Shown here one piece after another: positions 9,393-19,748 of a DNA stretch of 64,000 bases (positions are counted from its first letter, which is position 1; each line of letters opens with the position of its first letter). The DNA comes from a candidate division CPR2 bacterium GW2011_GWC2_39_35 (GTDB taxonomy: Bacteria > Patescibacteriota > CPR2), in contig LBWX01000003.1 of the NCBI GenBank assembly GCA_000995065.1, positions 153,284-217,283 of the forward strand, read 5' to 3'. The translations under genes and the position numbers were made by a program. Under the pieces are notes generated by a model. It did no database searches, was not told the origin of the DNA, and saw nothing but the letters and a program-made list of their open reading frames with translations.

Positions 9393-10865
9393 TTATTTTA
9401 TCCTTTTTACTTCACCAAATATTTTAAAACCTGCGTATGAAAGAAGCATAACAAAGGCTATTAAGAATAAACCATAAATAATTTTTTTTATCAACTTTTT
9501 AGCGTCAACCTTCTCGTTGGGAATAACAATGTTATTGCTTTCCCCGGAAAAATCCAGATGCCTGGAATCGCTGCGACCATCCGTTCCTAAATTCTCTTCG
9601 ACTGCCCCATATACCGGATAATGAGGTTTTGATGGATTAATATCATTTATACTATATGGTTTATCTGCAGTTGTTTCTTTACGATCTTCCTCCTTCTCAT
9701 ACGCCATAATATCCGGCTCTTTAGCTTCTTGTAGTTCTTTCTGTGCTGGCTTGTTTTCTGCCTTTTCTTCCGTCCCTTTTGTTTCATTACTATCATTTCC
9801 AAATTGATCAAGTTTAGCAAAATGAAAATTGACGGCACTTGAATCGAATTTTTGCTCCCCAGAATTATCGACAAGTTCTTCCTCGGCATCATTATTAGCA
9901 CCGATTTTAGAAATTGCTTCGTCTAGAAGAGACCTATCTTCAATCGTTTTACTGGAAACACTATCTATCTTGTCATCAATGTTACCTAAAATATCTTGAA
10001 GACCATTCTCGGGTACTAAGCCTTTGGAATCTTCTTCGTTATCCTCATCGCTATTATTTTTTAAAGCTTCGCTTTGCGCTGTATCTTCGTTATCAGAAAT
10101 ACTGCTATCTAAATCTGCAGAAATAAAGCTATTATCGATTTCGATAACCGGCTCTAAAGCCTTCTTTTGTATTTCAGCCAAAGCTTCGTCGAAAGGAGAA
10201 TCAGTCCTAGTATCAACACCATCTTCCCCTTCGGAGGGTAGATTGACGGTTAGATTTTGATTCGTGTCTTCGGTTTTAGCTTCAAGCTCTTCGGTAACAA
10301 CTATTTCTTTATCATCTGCCACTAAATCTATGTTTTCTGGCCCATTAGGCAGAGTCTCCTGATCCACCATGCCTTCAGTCAATTTTTCATTAATTTCTTC
10401 TGGAACTTCAACCGTTTCTAAAAATTCCGGCTCTTTCTTGGTTGGAAAAATCTCATCGGAACTATCTTTTAAATCTTGTTTGATAAGATCTTCATAGTCA
10501 TTTCCATAGAATTCCGCCTCATCCGAATCATCACTATCGCTCAGTTCTGATGGATCATACTCTTTAGCCAAATCTTCTTCGATCAACTCCTCATAATTAT
10601 CGCCTTCGTAATCATTAACATCGTTTTCCTTGCTACCATCAGATTTAACCGGAATCGAAACTTCTTCTCCAAAAGAAGCGTAATTAGATCCATGGAACTC
10701 AGTATCGTCTTCTTTCTCTGCACTTTCGATATTTAAAGAAGATCCCGAAAAATCATTATCTCCCGTGTTATTTATTTGGCCCCTAGATTTTGATGCTTCA
10801 AGAATCTGGTCAAAATCTATGGTACCTATCTCTTCGTTTTCTTCTCCGAAGGTTCCTTCTTCCAC
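9393..10865 (-). CDS. polyacidic (Asp/Glu-rich, low-complexity) protein with single C-terminal transmembrane anchor
   Basis: 490 aa; >30% D/E over most of length, C-terminal IIYGLFLIAFVMLLSYAGFKIF hydrophobic helix; stop abuts eno start codon. Confidence 0.6.
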   Translation of the reverse strand: MEEGTFGEENEEIGTIDFDQILEASKSRGQINNTGDNDFSGSSLNIESAEKEDDTEFHGSNYASFGEEVSIPVKSDGSKENDVNDYEGDNYEELIEEDLAKEYDPSELSDSDDSDEAEFYGNDYEDLIKQDLKDSSDEIFPTKKEPEFLETVEVPEEINEKLTEGMVDQETLPNGPENIDLVADDKEIVVTEELEAKTEDTNQNLTVNLPSEGEDGVDTRTDSPFDEALAEIQKKALEPVIEIDNSFISADLDSSISDNEDTAQSEALKNNSDEDNEEDSKGLVPENGLQDILGNIDDKIDSVSSKTIEDRSLLDEAISKIGANNDAEEELVDNSGEQKFDSSAVNFHFAKLDQFGNDSNETKGTEEKAENKPAQKELQEAKEPDIMAYEKEEDRKETTADKPYSINDINPSKPHYPVYGAVEENLGTDGRSDSRHLDFSGESNNIVIPNEKVDAKKLIKKIIYGLFLIAFVMLLSYAGFKIFGEVKRIK

Positions 10866-10908
10866 CTAAACCCCTTTTTACCTCTGGCAACGTATATTAT
10901 TTAAGAGA

Positions 10909-13272
10909 TCATATGTGAAAGTTCTTCCTAACTTCAGACAATTCTCTTAAAAGCAGTTTTTCCTCGACAGAAGCAATCAGCCTTCTGGTAGATTCGATAA
11001 CATCGGGACTTACAGAAACTGAGGTAACGCCGTATTCTACTAGTTTTTCCGTAATTTCCGGGTAAACCGACGGAGCCTGGCCACAGATGGAAGCTGTTAC
11101 TCCTCGCTCCCTACAAACTTCGATAATTCTCTTTAAGGCAATTTGTACGGCTTCGTTTCTCTCGTCATATTCTTCAGCCACAACAGACGAATCTCTGTCT
11201 AAGCCCAAGATAAGCTGAGTTAGATCGTTAGAGCCAATCGAGATGCCGTCAATGCCGCAATCGATGAATTTATCAATGAGGAAGACCGTGGATGGCACTT
11301 CTACCATAATCCAAAGTTTAAAGTCCGGACCTCGCCTGAGACCCGCATCCTCAACTAATTTTTTAACTGCCATAAATTCATCAATTCTTCTTACAAATGG
11401 AATCATTAAATGAAGATTCGGATTGTTTTGGCGTACTTTTTTTATGGCTTCAAGTTCCATATTAAAGAGTTCCGGCTCTTTCATATACCTAAAGCAGCCT
11501 CGGTATCCAATCATTGGATTTTCTTCATGCGGTTCGTCCTCGCCGCCAGGAAGGTTTCGATACTCGTTTGTTTTAAAATCAGTAGCCCTGTAAACTACCG
11601 GTCGCGGATAAAAAGCCGACGCAATTGTCTCTAAGCCTTCAGCCAATTTGTCGATAAATTCCTGCTGCCTGCCTTCTTTATGGAATTTGCGCGGATGTTC
11701 TTTGATGTATTCCATAATGATAAACTCGGCCCTTAAAAGTCCAACGCCATCCACATTTCTCTTAGCCATTTCTTCCGCAAGTTCCGGTTCGCCAAGATTT
11801 AAATAAACTCTAGTTGCGGTAATCGGCTCGGACATGACAGCCGAAGCAGCGGATCCGGAAACGGTTGTCGCCTGCTTTGTTTCCACAGCTTCTTTAATAA
11901 GACCTTTATAAACCAAGCCGCGGGAACCATCCACAGTAACGGCATCATAAGCTTTTAGAGTTTCGGTCGCAGTTTCGGTGCCAACGACGCAAGGAATACC
12001 AAGCTCTCTGGAAACAATAGCCGCATGACAAGTTCTTCCACCGGCGTCGGTTGCAATCGCCGAAGCCCTTTTCATGGCCGGAACATAATCCGGCGTTGTC
12101 ATCTCGGTAACCAAAACATCACCTTCAAGGATTTTATCAATTTCATCTGGAGAGTGGATAATTTTGACCGGGCCACCACCCATACCGGCGGAAGCAGCCG
12201 AGCCTTTTAAGATAATTTCTTTTTCAGTTGTCGTTTCCGGAGTACCCGAAGTCTCTTCTGTTTTTGCCCCGGCATCACCCAAAGTAGTTACCGGCCTGGA
12301 CTGAACCATATATATTTTTCCCTTATAGACAGTGTATTCCGTATCCTGAGGCTTGCCGTAATGCTTTTCGATGTTTAAAGCAATTTGGGATAGCTGTTTG
12401 ATTTCGTCATCCGTTAGCTTTTGTTTATCCTGAAGATCGACCGGCACTGGCTGAGCCGCTTTCTGAAGAGCGCCCGGATCATCAGTATCAGAAGAACCAG
12501 ACTCTCGGTTTAACATCCAAGTTTGCTTGTGGATTTCTTTATTAGAAATTTCCAAAGTCTTTTTATCCACAAGGTATCTGTCCGGCGTTACCGCCCCAAG
12601 CACCACTACTTCTCCCAAACCATAAGCAGCTTCGATGGAAATATGATCGAGATCATTATTGGTTGGATCAATAGTAAACATAACGCCCGCTTTTTCGGCA
12701 TCAACCATTTCCTGAACCGGAACCGCGATTCCAACTTCAAGCTGACCAAAACCCTTATCTGACCTATAATAAATAGCTCTGGCTCCAAAAAGAGAAGCAT
12801 AGCATTTCTGTACCGCTTCTACTACCGCATCATCACCAAGAACATTTAAATAAGTCGATTGCTGGCCGGCAAATGAGGCATCAGCCAAATCTTCGGCGGT
12901 TGCCGAGCTTCTGACCGCCACGTAAAGCTTTTCCCTATCACCCTTTAACTTGTGATAATTTTCAATAATATCTTTTCGTAAGTCTTCCGGCATAGAAGAC
13001 TTAATGATAAGATCTTGGATTTTTTCCGCTCTGGCCTGAAGATCTTTAGAATCTTCAACGTCCAAACCCTCCAAGATGGTTTCGATCTTTTCTTTAAGAC
13101 CGGCCTTTTCTAAGAAATAAAAATAGGCTTGAGCAGTAACATTGTAGCCGTTAGGAACCGGAATGCCTGCCTTAAGCATCTCCCCCAAATTAGCCCCTTT
13201 TCCGCCAACGGTTGCGCCGTCGCCCTTGCCTACTTCGGAAAACCAAAGAATATTTTTTATTGCTTCAGTCAT
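10909..13272 (-). CDS. ppsA: phosphoenolpyruvate synthase (pyruvate, water dikinase)
   Basis: 787 aa; N-terminal GGKGANLGEM ATP-grasp motif, central phosphohistidine domain (GGRTCHAAIVSRELGIP), C-terminal PEP-utilizing TIM barrel. Confidence 0.85.
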   Translation of the reverse strand: MTEAIKNILWFSEVGKGDGATVGGKGANLGEMLKAGIPVPNGYNVTAQAYFYFLEKAGLKEKIETILEGLDVEDSKDLQARAEKIQDLIIKSSMPEDLRKDIIENYHKLKGDREKLYVAVRSSATAEDLADASFAGQQSTYLNVLGDDAVVEAVQKCYASLFGARAIYYRSDKGFGQLEVGIAVPVQEMVDAEKAGVMFTIDPTNNDLDHISIEAAYGLGEVVVLGAVTPDRYLVDKKTLEISNKEIHKQTWMLNRESGSSDTDDPGALQKAAQPVPVDLQDKQKLTDDEIKQLSQIALNIEKHYGKPQDTEYTVYKGKIYMVQSRPVTTLGDAGAKTEETSGTPETTTEKEIILKGSAASAGMGGGPVKIIHSPDEIDKILEGDVLVTEMTTPDYVPAMKRASAIATDAGGRTCHAAIVSRELGIPCVVGTETATETLKAYDAVTVDGSRGLVYKGLIKEAVETKQATTVSGSAASAVMSEPITATRVYLNLGEPELAEEMAKRNVDGVGLLRAEFIIMEYIKEHPRKFHKEGRQQEFIDKLAEGLETIASAFYPRPVVYRATDFKTNEYRNLPGGEDEPHEENPMIGYRGCFRYMKEPELFNMELEAIKKVRQNNPNLHLMIPFVRRIDEFMAVKKLVEDAGLRRGPDFKLWIMVEVPSTVFLIDKFIDCGIDGISIGSNDLTQLILGLDRDSSVVAEEYDERNEAVQIALKRIIEVCRERGVTASICGQAPSVYPEITEKLVEYGVTSVSVSPDVIESTRRLIASVEEKLLLRELSEVRKNFHI

Positions 13273-13467
13273 TTATCACCCTCCTTTTAGTAAAAATTTA
13301 CTTAGCTTATTTATTGATCAATTATTTTTAAACATCTAAATACATAAAACAAACAACTAGCCGTTGCTAAAAATATTATAAACCCTTATCTAAGAGGAAG
13401 GAAGATTAATATTTTTTATAAAGAAGTTTTGTTTTCCCAATTTAGATTTTGGGGTTATTATAGATTC

Positions 13468-14751
13468 ATGAAAACAAAATGGATCATGTTTGCCGCGGTT
13501 ATTTTTTCGCTTTGCCTTAAAAATGCAGTTCTGGCGAGCAACGAACAAGAGTTCCTTTGGGGGGTCGCCACATCCGCCCATCAGATTGAGGGGGGAGATA
13601 TCCCCAGCGATTGGTACGAGTTCGAAAAACAAGGAAAAGCGCCGGATGGCAGCACCACCGAAAAAGCTGTGGACGGATATAATTTAGCATTTGAAGACAT
13701 CAAACTCTTAAAAGAATTGGGCGTAAATTCCTATCGTTTTTCTATCGAGTGGGCAAGAGTGGAACCGGAAAATAACAAATTTGACGAGGCAGCACTTAAG
13801 CATTATCACGATTTAATAGTTGCGCTAAAGAATAATGGCATCACTCCGGTTGTCACCCTTCATCACTTTACTAATCCTAAATGGATTGCGGATAAAAGTA
13901 GCTGGACTAACAAAGAAACGGCAAACGAATTTGTAGAATATGCGAGGAAGATAATTGACCAAAACAATAATGACGTTACTTATTGGATTACAGTAAACGA
14001 GCCAAATGTTTTCTTAAGTTATAGCTATATCTTTGGCAATTTTCCGCCTTACAAAAAGAAAGATATTTTGGTTTACAAAAAAGCCATAGAAAATGTCTTT
14101 GAGGCTCACCGTCAAATTTACCGATATATCCATGAAAAAAATAATAAAGCCCAGGTGAGCATCGCCTACAATTTTAGCGACTTTAAGCCGAAAACGTACC
14201 GGCTAATTGATGTTTTATCAGCCAGAATTTGTAATTATGCCTACTCCTGGTACTGGACCGATCAGGTTAAGAACGAGATGGATTTTGTGGGCATTAATTA
14301 TTATTTTAGCCGTTACGTTGGCCTCGACTATCCGTTTTCTTCCCAATATTACAAGTACACCGACGTTTCCGAATGGAATCAGTGGCCGCAAAACATCCAG
14401 CCCGAAGGCTTGGAGCATATTACCCTTATGGCCCATAATCGCTACAAAAAACCAATAATTATTACCGAAAATGGATTACCTGATAAAGATGATGATAAAA
14501 GACCGGATTTCATTAAAAATCACATCGAAGCTTTAAACACCGCAAAAAGCAAAGGGGTCGAAATCAACGGCTATTTCTACTGGTCTCTAATGGATAATTT
14601 CGAATGGTGGGGCGGCTATAAAGATAAATACGGTCTTTATGAAGTGGATTATAATACCATGAAGCGGCGTCCTCGCCCCAGCGCATTTTATTACCGAGAC
14701 CTTATTATGAACTATCAAAAGAACGAGAATTTATCTCTACCGACATACTAA
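13468..14751 (+). CDS. glycoside hydrolase family 1 beta-glucosidase with N-terminal signal peptide
   Basis: GH1 signatures TVNEPN (acid/base Glu) and IITENG (nucleophile Glu); start chosen at MKTKWIMFAAVIFSLCLKNAVLAS (ORF-track start 13429 is alternative). Confidence 0.85.
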   Translation: MKTKWIMFAAVIFSLCLKNAVLASNEQEFLWGVATSAHQIEGGDIPSDWYEFEKQGKAPDGSTTEKAVDGYNLAFEDIKLLKELGVNSYRFSIEWARVEPENNKFDEAALKHYHDLIVALKNNGITPVVTLHHFTNPKWIADKSSWTNKETANEFVEYARKIIDQNNNDVTYWITVNEPNVFLSYSYIFGNFPPYKKKDILVYKKAIENVFEAHRQIYRYIHEKNNKAQVSIAYNFSDFKPKTYRLIDVLSARICNYAYSWYWTDQVKNEMDFVGINYYFSRYVGLDYPFSSQYYKYTDVSEWNQWPQNIQPEGLEHITLMAHNRYKKPIIITENGLPDKDDDKRPDFIKNHIEALNTAKSKGVEINGYFYWSLMDNFEWWGGYKDKYGLYEVDYNTMKRRPRPSAFYYRDLIMNYQKNENLSLPTY

Positions 14752-14789
14752 CACCCATTTCGCACTTCCTTATTGTTCGACTCCTCAAA

Positions 14790-14846
14790 GAGGGTGGAGA
14801 ACTTAAATCCCCGAATTTCAGGGCTCCGTTTCACTTCGCTCGAAGA
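14790..14846. repeat. dispersed intergenic repeat family (tattgttcgac ... gtggagaact ... cgtttcacttcgctcg), copy 1; related copies at 53120-53190 and partial at 23177-23193
   Basis: 16-mer cgtttcacttcgctcg present three times in window; copies 1 and 3 share additional upstream blocks. Confidence 0.6.
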
Positions 14847-14956
14847 GTAATTATGGGTCATTAATACCAAGTGCGAAATGCGTGATTAAAAGATCTAATA
14901 ACAGTCTTCATTCTAGTATTTTGCTTTTTTATCCACAACGATTATCCACAGAAAAA

Positions 14957-15823
14957 CTAGGCTTTTCCACAGCTACCAAAAAGCTTCAACTTTTCATCCA
15001 CAACCTTCTTTACTTCTTCTTTGGCTGGACCCAAAAAATTATAGGGTACATGCTCTTCCGGATTTTTCTCCAAATGTTCTCTTATAGAATTTGTAAAAGC
15101 AAGCCGGAGTTCGGTATTAATATTTACCTTGGCAACGCCATTAAAAATGGCTTGCCTTAACTGTTTTTCGGGACACATGGAGCCGCCGTGCAAAACCAAA
15201 GGAATGCCAAGAAGGTGGTTTATTCTGCTTATCCTTTCAAGGTCTAGCTTTGTCTCCCCCTTATAAGCCCCGTGTGATGTTCCTACAGAGATTGCCAATG
15301 AATCTATTTTTGTCTCTTTATAAAAAAGCTGGGCTTCTTCCGGATTCGTAAAAAAATCGGAACGGTTTGAATCTTCGCCTTCGAATTTAGGTGTTAAGAC
15401 CTTACCTACTTCTCCCTCAACCGACACTCCATGCTTATGAGCTAATGCCACAACTTTTTTAGTCACATTCATATTTTCCTCGAAGGGAAGACCCGAGCCA
15501 TCGATATGAACCGAGGTATAACCAGCTTCGATAGCTTCCCGAACCGTTTCATAACTATCCCCATGATCTAAATGAATCGAGATTGGAATATTATACTTTT
15601 CTGCCGCCCGTCTTACAATAGCTGCCAGAAGTTCCGCCCCCGCATGATGCATCTCGGACTTTGACGATTCTACAATTACGGGCGACTTCTGCTTTGCACC
15701 AGCCTCGATAATTGCCATCGCAATTTCCAAGTTGGGCGCATTAAATCCCCCCACCGCATAACGGTGATAATAAGCATGTTCTAAAATTTTTTTGTTATTT
15801 GATAGCATTCCCAACTTACCCAA
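14957..15823 (-). CDS. fba: fructose-bisphosphate aldolase, class II
   Basis: 288 aa; YAVGGFN N-terminus, HLDHG and HGGSG metal-binding motifs of class II aldolases. Confidence 0.85.
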   Translation of the reverse strand: MGKLGMLSNNKKILEHAYYHRYAVGGFNAPNLEIAMAIIEAGAKQKSPVIVESSKSEMHHAGAELLAAIVRRAAEKYNIPISIHLDHGDSYETVREAIEAGYTSVHIDGSGLPFEENMNVTKKVVALAHKHGVSVEGEVGKVLTPKFEGEDSNRSDFFTNPEEAQLFYKETKIDSLAISVGTSHGAYKGETKLDLERISRINHLLGIPLVLHGGSMCPEKQLRQAIFNGVAKVNINTELRLAFTNSIREHLEKNPEEHVPYNFLGPAKEEVKKVVDEKLKLFGSCGKA

Positions 15824-16058
15824 TCATAGATTTAACAACAGATAAAACGGGATATTTTAAAGCAATTAGAACCACTGTAGCAATTAAGATTATTTTAATT
15901 GCTTTTCCAATACTCCATTTAAGTAAAAAGGCTACAATAACCAATACCACCGGAACGGTATAGACGCCCAAACCCAAGAAATTGTCTAAAAGCGTAAGCC
16001 ATTCTGGAACTTTACTTACTTCAGCCGCGATTCTAGATGGATCGACATTATTTGGCAT
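15816..16058 (-). CDS. small hypothetical membrane protein
   Basis: 80 aa, two hydrophobic helices; overlaps fba start by 8 nt. Confidence 0.4.
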   Translation of the reverse strand: MPNNVDPSRIAAEVSKVPEWLTLLDNFLGLGVYTVPVVLVIVAFLLKWSIGKAIKIILIATVVLIALKYPVLSVVKSMIG

Positions 16059-16197
16059 TTTGATCTCCTGTAATTGAGTTTACTTTTAAATTTTAAGTTG
16101 AAATTTTGCCTTTTGAGTTTTGAATTGACAGAGACGAGATTGCTTTGTCGCTCCGCTCCTCGTAGTGACATACGTCACCTATATTAAAACAAGCTTC

Positions 16198-16977
16198 TTA
16201 TTTGGTATGCTTCTCTGCACCTTTAATTATTTTTGCAAATTCGAAATGGTCGACTGAAGCTCCACCCACAAGCACGCCGTCAATATCCGGGTCATCAAAG
16301 TAAACGTTTGCATTCTTTGCTTTAACGCTGCCGCCATACAATACTCTCATTTTCTCCGAGATTGCTTTTCCAAATAATTCGGCAATGGTGTGTTTAATAT
16401 CTTTTGCAACCTCAGTAGCCCTTTTGGCGCTGCAATTTTTACCGGTACCAATGGCCCAAACCGGCTCATAAGCAATAACCACTTTAGCTACTTCGTCTTT
16501 GGTTATAAGATGGAGGGCCGCTTGAAGCTGAGATAAAATGGTAATCTTAGAAAATCCATCGTTAAAATCCTGCAGAGTGTCGCCAACGCACAGTATTGGG
16601 GTTAGGCCATGACGAACCGCCGCTGCCACTTTTTTAGCGATTATCTTGTCAGTCTCCAAGAAATGAATTCTTCTTTCAGAATGACCAACAATCACATATT
16701 TACATAGCCCTTTAAGCATGAGGGGCGATATTTCTCCAGTATAGGGGCCTTGCTCTTCGTAAAAAACATTCTGGGATCCAAGCTCAATATTGGTCCCATT
16801 TACAGAGATATTAGCGGTATATAAATCCACAAAAGGCGGACACACTACGATCTCTACTTTCTTTATGTCTTCTACTTCTTTCTTTAGTTTCTCCAGCATT
16901 ATAGATGTCTCCGGCACAATCCCGTGCATTTTCCAATTGCCGACAACAAGTTTTCGCTTTACCATATATACCCTCAC
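16198..16977 (-). CDS. tpiA: triosephosphate isomerase
   Basis: 259 aa; VVGNWKMHG and VGHSERR, AYEPVWAIGTG motifs. Confidence 0.9.
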   Translation of the reverse strand: MRVYMVKRKLVVGNWKMHGIVPETSIMLEKLKKEVEDIKKVEIVVCPPFVDLYTANISVNGTNIELGSQNVFYEEQGPYTGEISPLMLKGLCKYVIVGHSERRIHFLETDKIIAKKVAAAVRHGLTPILCVGDTLQDFNDGFSKITILSQLQAALHLITKDEVAKVVIAYEPVWAIGTGKNCSAKRATEVAKDIKHTIAELFGKAISEKMRVLYGGSVKAKNANVYFDDPDIDGVLVGGASVDHFEFAKIIKGAEKHTK

Positions 16978-17276
16978 TGTTTAAGATATAAACCTATAAT
17001 TAGTATAGCATAAGACGAGTCAAAAATGTCTAATATCTAATTTCTAATTGACTTACTAAAATCCCAATAACTGACTTACTAAATCCTAATATCAAAGTCT
17101 CTTCGAGTCTAAGCCTCGGAACCGAAGGCCTAAATACTAAACAAATTCGAATGAACAAAATTCTAAACTTTTGGATTTAGAACATCTAAATTTAGATATT
17201 GCTTGGAGTTTATTATTTAGTGCTTAGGATTTTTATTTATTGAGACTCGATTAGAAATTAGGATTCAGAAATTAGA

Positions 17277-17300
17277 AATTGCTAGTTTTCCTGAAGAAAA
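17277..17300 (-). terminator. hairpin gctagttttc-ctgaag-aaaactagc immediately 3' of pgk
   Basis: 10-bp perfect stem directly after pgk stop codon (minus strand). Confidence 0.45.
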
Positions 17301-18473
17301 CTAGCTTACTGCTTCTACTCCCGGCAATCTCTCTCCTGCCAAGAAGTCTAAGGTTGCCCCACCGGCCGTAGAAATATAACTAAAATTTTCTTTTAAATTT
17401 TCCGGAATGCTGGAAATAGTTTCGCCGCCCCCAATAACGCTATAAGCACCACTCTCAGCAACCGCCTTTGCAATTGCATGATTTCCCCTATCGCCACCAA
17501 TCTCAAAATATCCAAGAGGGCCATTCCAAACTATGGTTCCGGCAAACTTGATCGGCTCTATAAATTTTTCGATCGTTTCGACACCAATATCCACAATAAT
17601 ATCGTCATCCTCGAGATCCGCCACATCCTTCAAAATCTTCGGGGCGTTTTCTTTAGCCTCTTTTACCACAAAAACATCATCCGGAATTAGGACCTGAATC
17701 CCTTTTTGCTCCGCTTCGTACATAAGATTATCCGAAAATTCTTCCCAATCTTCTTCTGCAAACGACTTGCCGATATTATACCCTTCACCGGCCAAAAACA
17801 CATCCGCGCTACCGCCGCCAACTAAAATAACATCCACAAATTTAAGCATATTTTCTAAAACTCTAATTTTATCCGAGACCTTTTTTCCGCCAATGATGGC
17901 CACCACGGGAGTCTTTGGATTCTTGGTTACTTTTGATAACGCTTCCACTTCTTTTCTAAGTTGGAATCCCGCATAAGAATCCATAAGTTTTGGAACGGCA
18001 TCTACCGAAGCATGCGCCCTGTGAGACACCGAAAAGGCATCATTAACATAGATATTCCCCAAGGGTGCAATTTTCTTGGCAAACTCCTCGTCATTTGCTT
18101 CTTCCTCCAGATAAAAGCGCAAATTTTCTAAGATCAAGACATCGCCATTGTCCATATCACCAACCATTTTTTCCGTCTCTTTCGACAAAATATCCGGCGC
18201 GAAAGAAATAGGATGATTTAATAAGCTTTCTAAATGTTTGGTAATCGGTAGGAGCGAGAATTTACTATCCGGCTTGCCATCGGGCCGGCCCAGATGAGAA
18301 AGCAAGATAACCTTAGCACCTTTTTCTCTTAAATAATTAATGGTATCTAAACTAGCCTTTATTCTTGTATCATCCTCAATTTTGCCATTCTCTAGAGGAA
18401 CATTATAATCAACGCGTACCAAAACCCGCGCATTTTTTAAATCATAATCGTTAATATCGGTAAGTAATCTCAT
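17301..18473 (-). CDS. pgk: phosphoglycerate kinase
   Basis: 390 aa; RVDYNVP N-terminal motif, GGGA.. nucleotide-binding regions. Confidence 0.9.
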   Translation of the reverse strand: MRLLTDINDYDLKNARVLVRVDYNVPLENGKIEDDTRIKASLDTINYLREKGAKVILLSHLGRPDGKPDSKFSLLPITKHLESLLNHPISFAPDILSKETEKMVGDMDNGDVLILENLRFYLEEEANDEEFAKKIAPLGNIYVNDAFSVSHRAHASVDAVPKLMDSYAGFQLRKEVEALSKVTKNPKTPVVAIIGGKKVSDKIRVLENMLKFVDVILVGGGSADVFLAGEGYNIGKSFAEEDWEEFSDNLMYEAEQKGIQVLIPDDVFVVKEAKENAPKILKDVADLEDDDIIVDIGVETIEKFIEPIKFAGTIVWNGPLGYFEIGGDRGNHAIAKAVAESGAYSVIGGGETISSIPENLKENFSYISTAGGATLDFLAGERLPGVEAVS

Positions 18474-18636
18474 GAGACCTCCTTTGATTCATAATAACCA
18501 ATGTTTTAAATTTTCACTATAACAATTTTGCTAATTATTGGCCTAATGGGTTCAAATAATCTAAATAGGCCTATGAGTTAAATGTTTTAAATACCCATTA
18601 AGCCTACTAGACCCACTCAAGCCAACTTAGCTTGGT

Positions 18637-19635
<999 letters not shown>

Positions 19636-19748
19636 TTACACCCTCCTTAAACTAAACGCTTGTCTGAAATAAGTATATCACTTCCCAAAAAAGCTTCAAT
19701 TAAAAAATTACCCGATTTGCTTTTACCAAGGTAATTTTGATATAAAAA

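Noticed and set aside
13390-13632. 80-aa minus-strand ORF in the ppsA/GH1 divergent promoter region
   Set aside because: Overlaps the GH1 signal-peptide coding region antisense; divergent promoter DNA, not coding.
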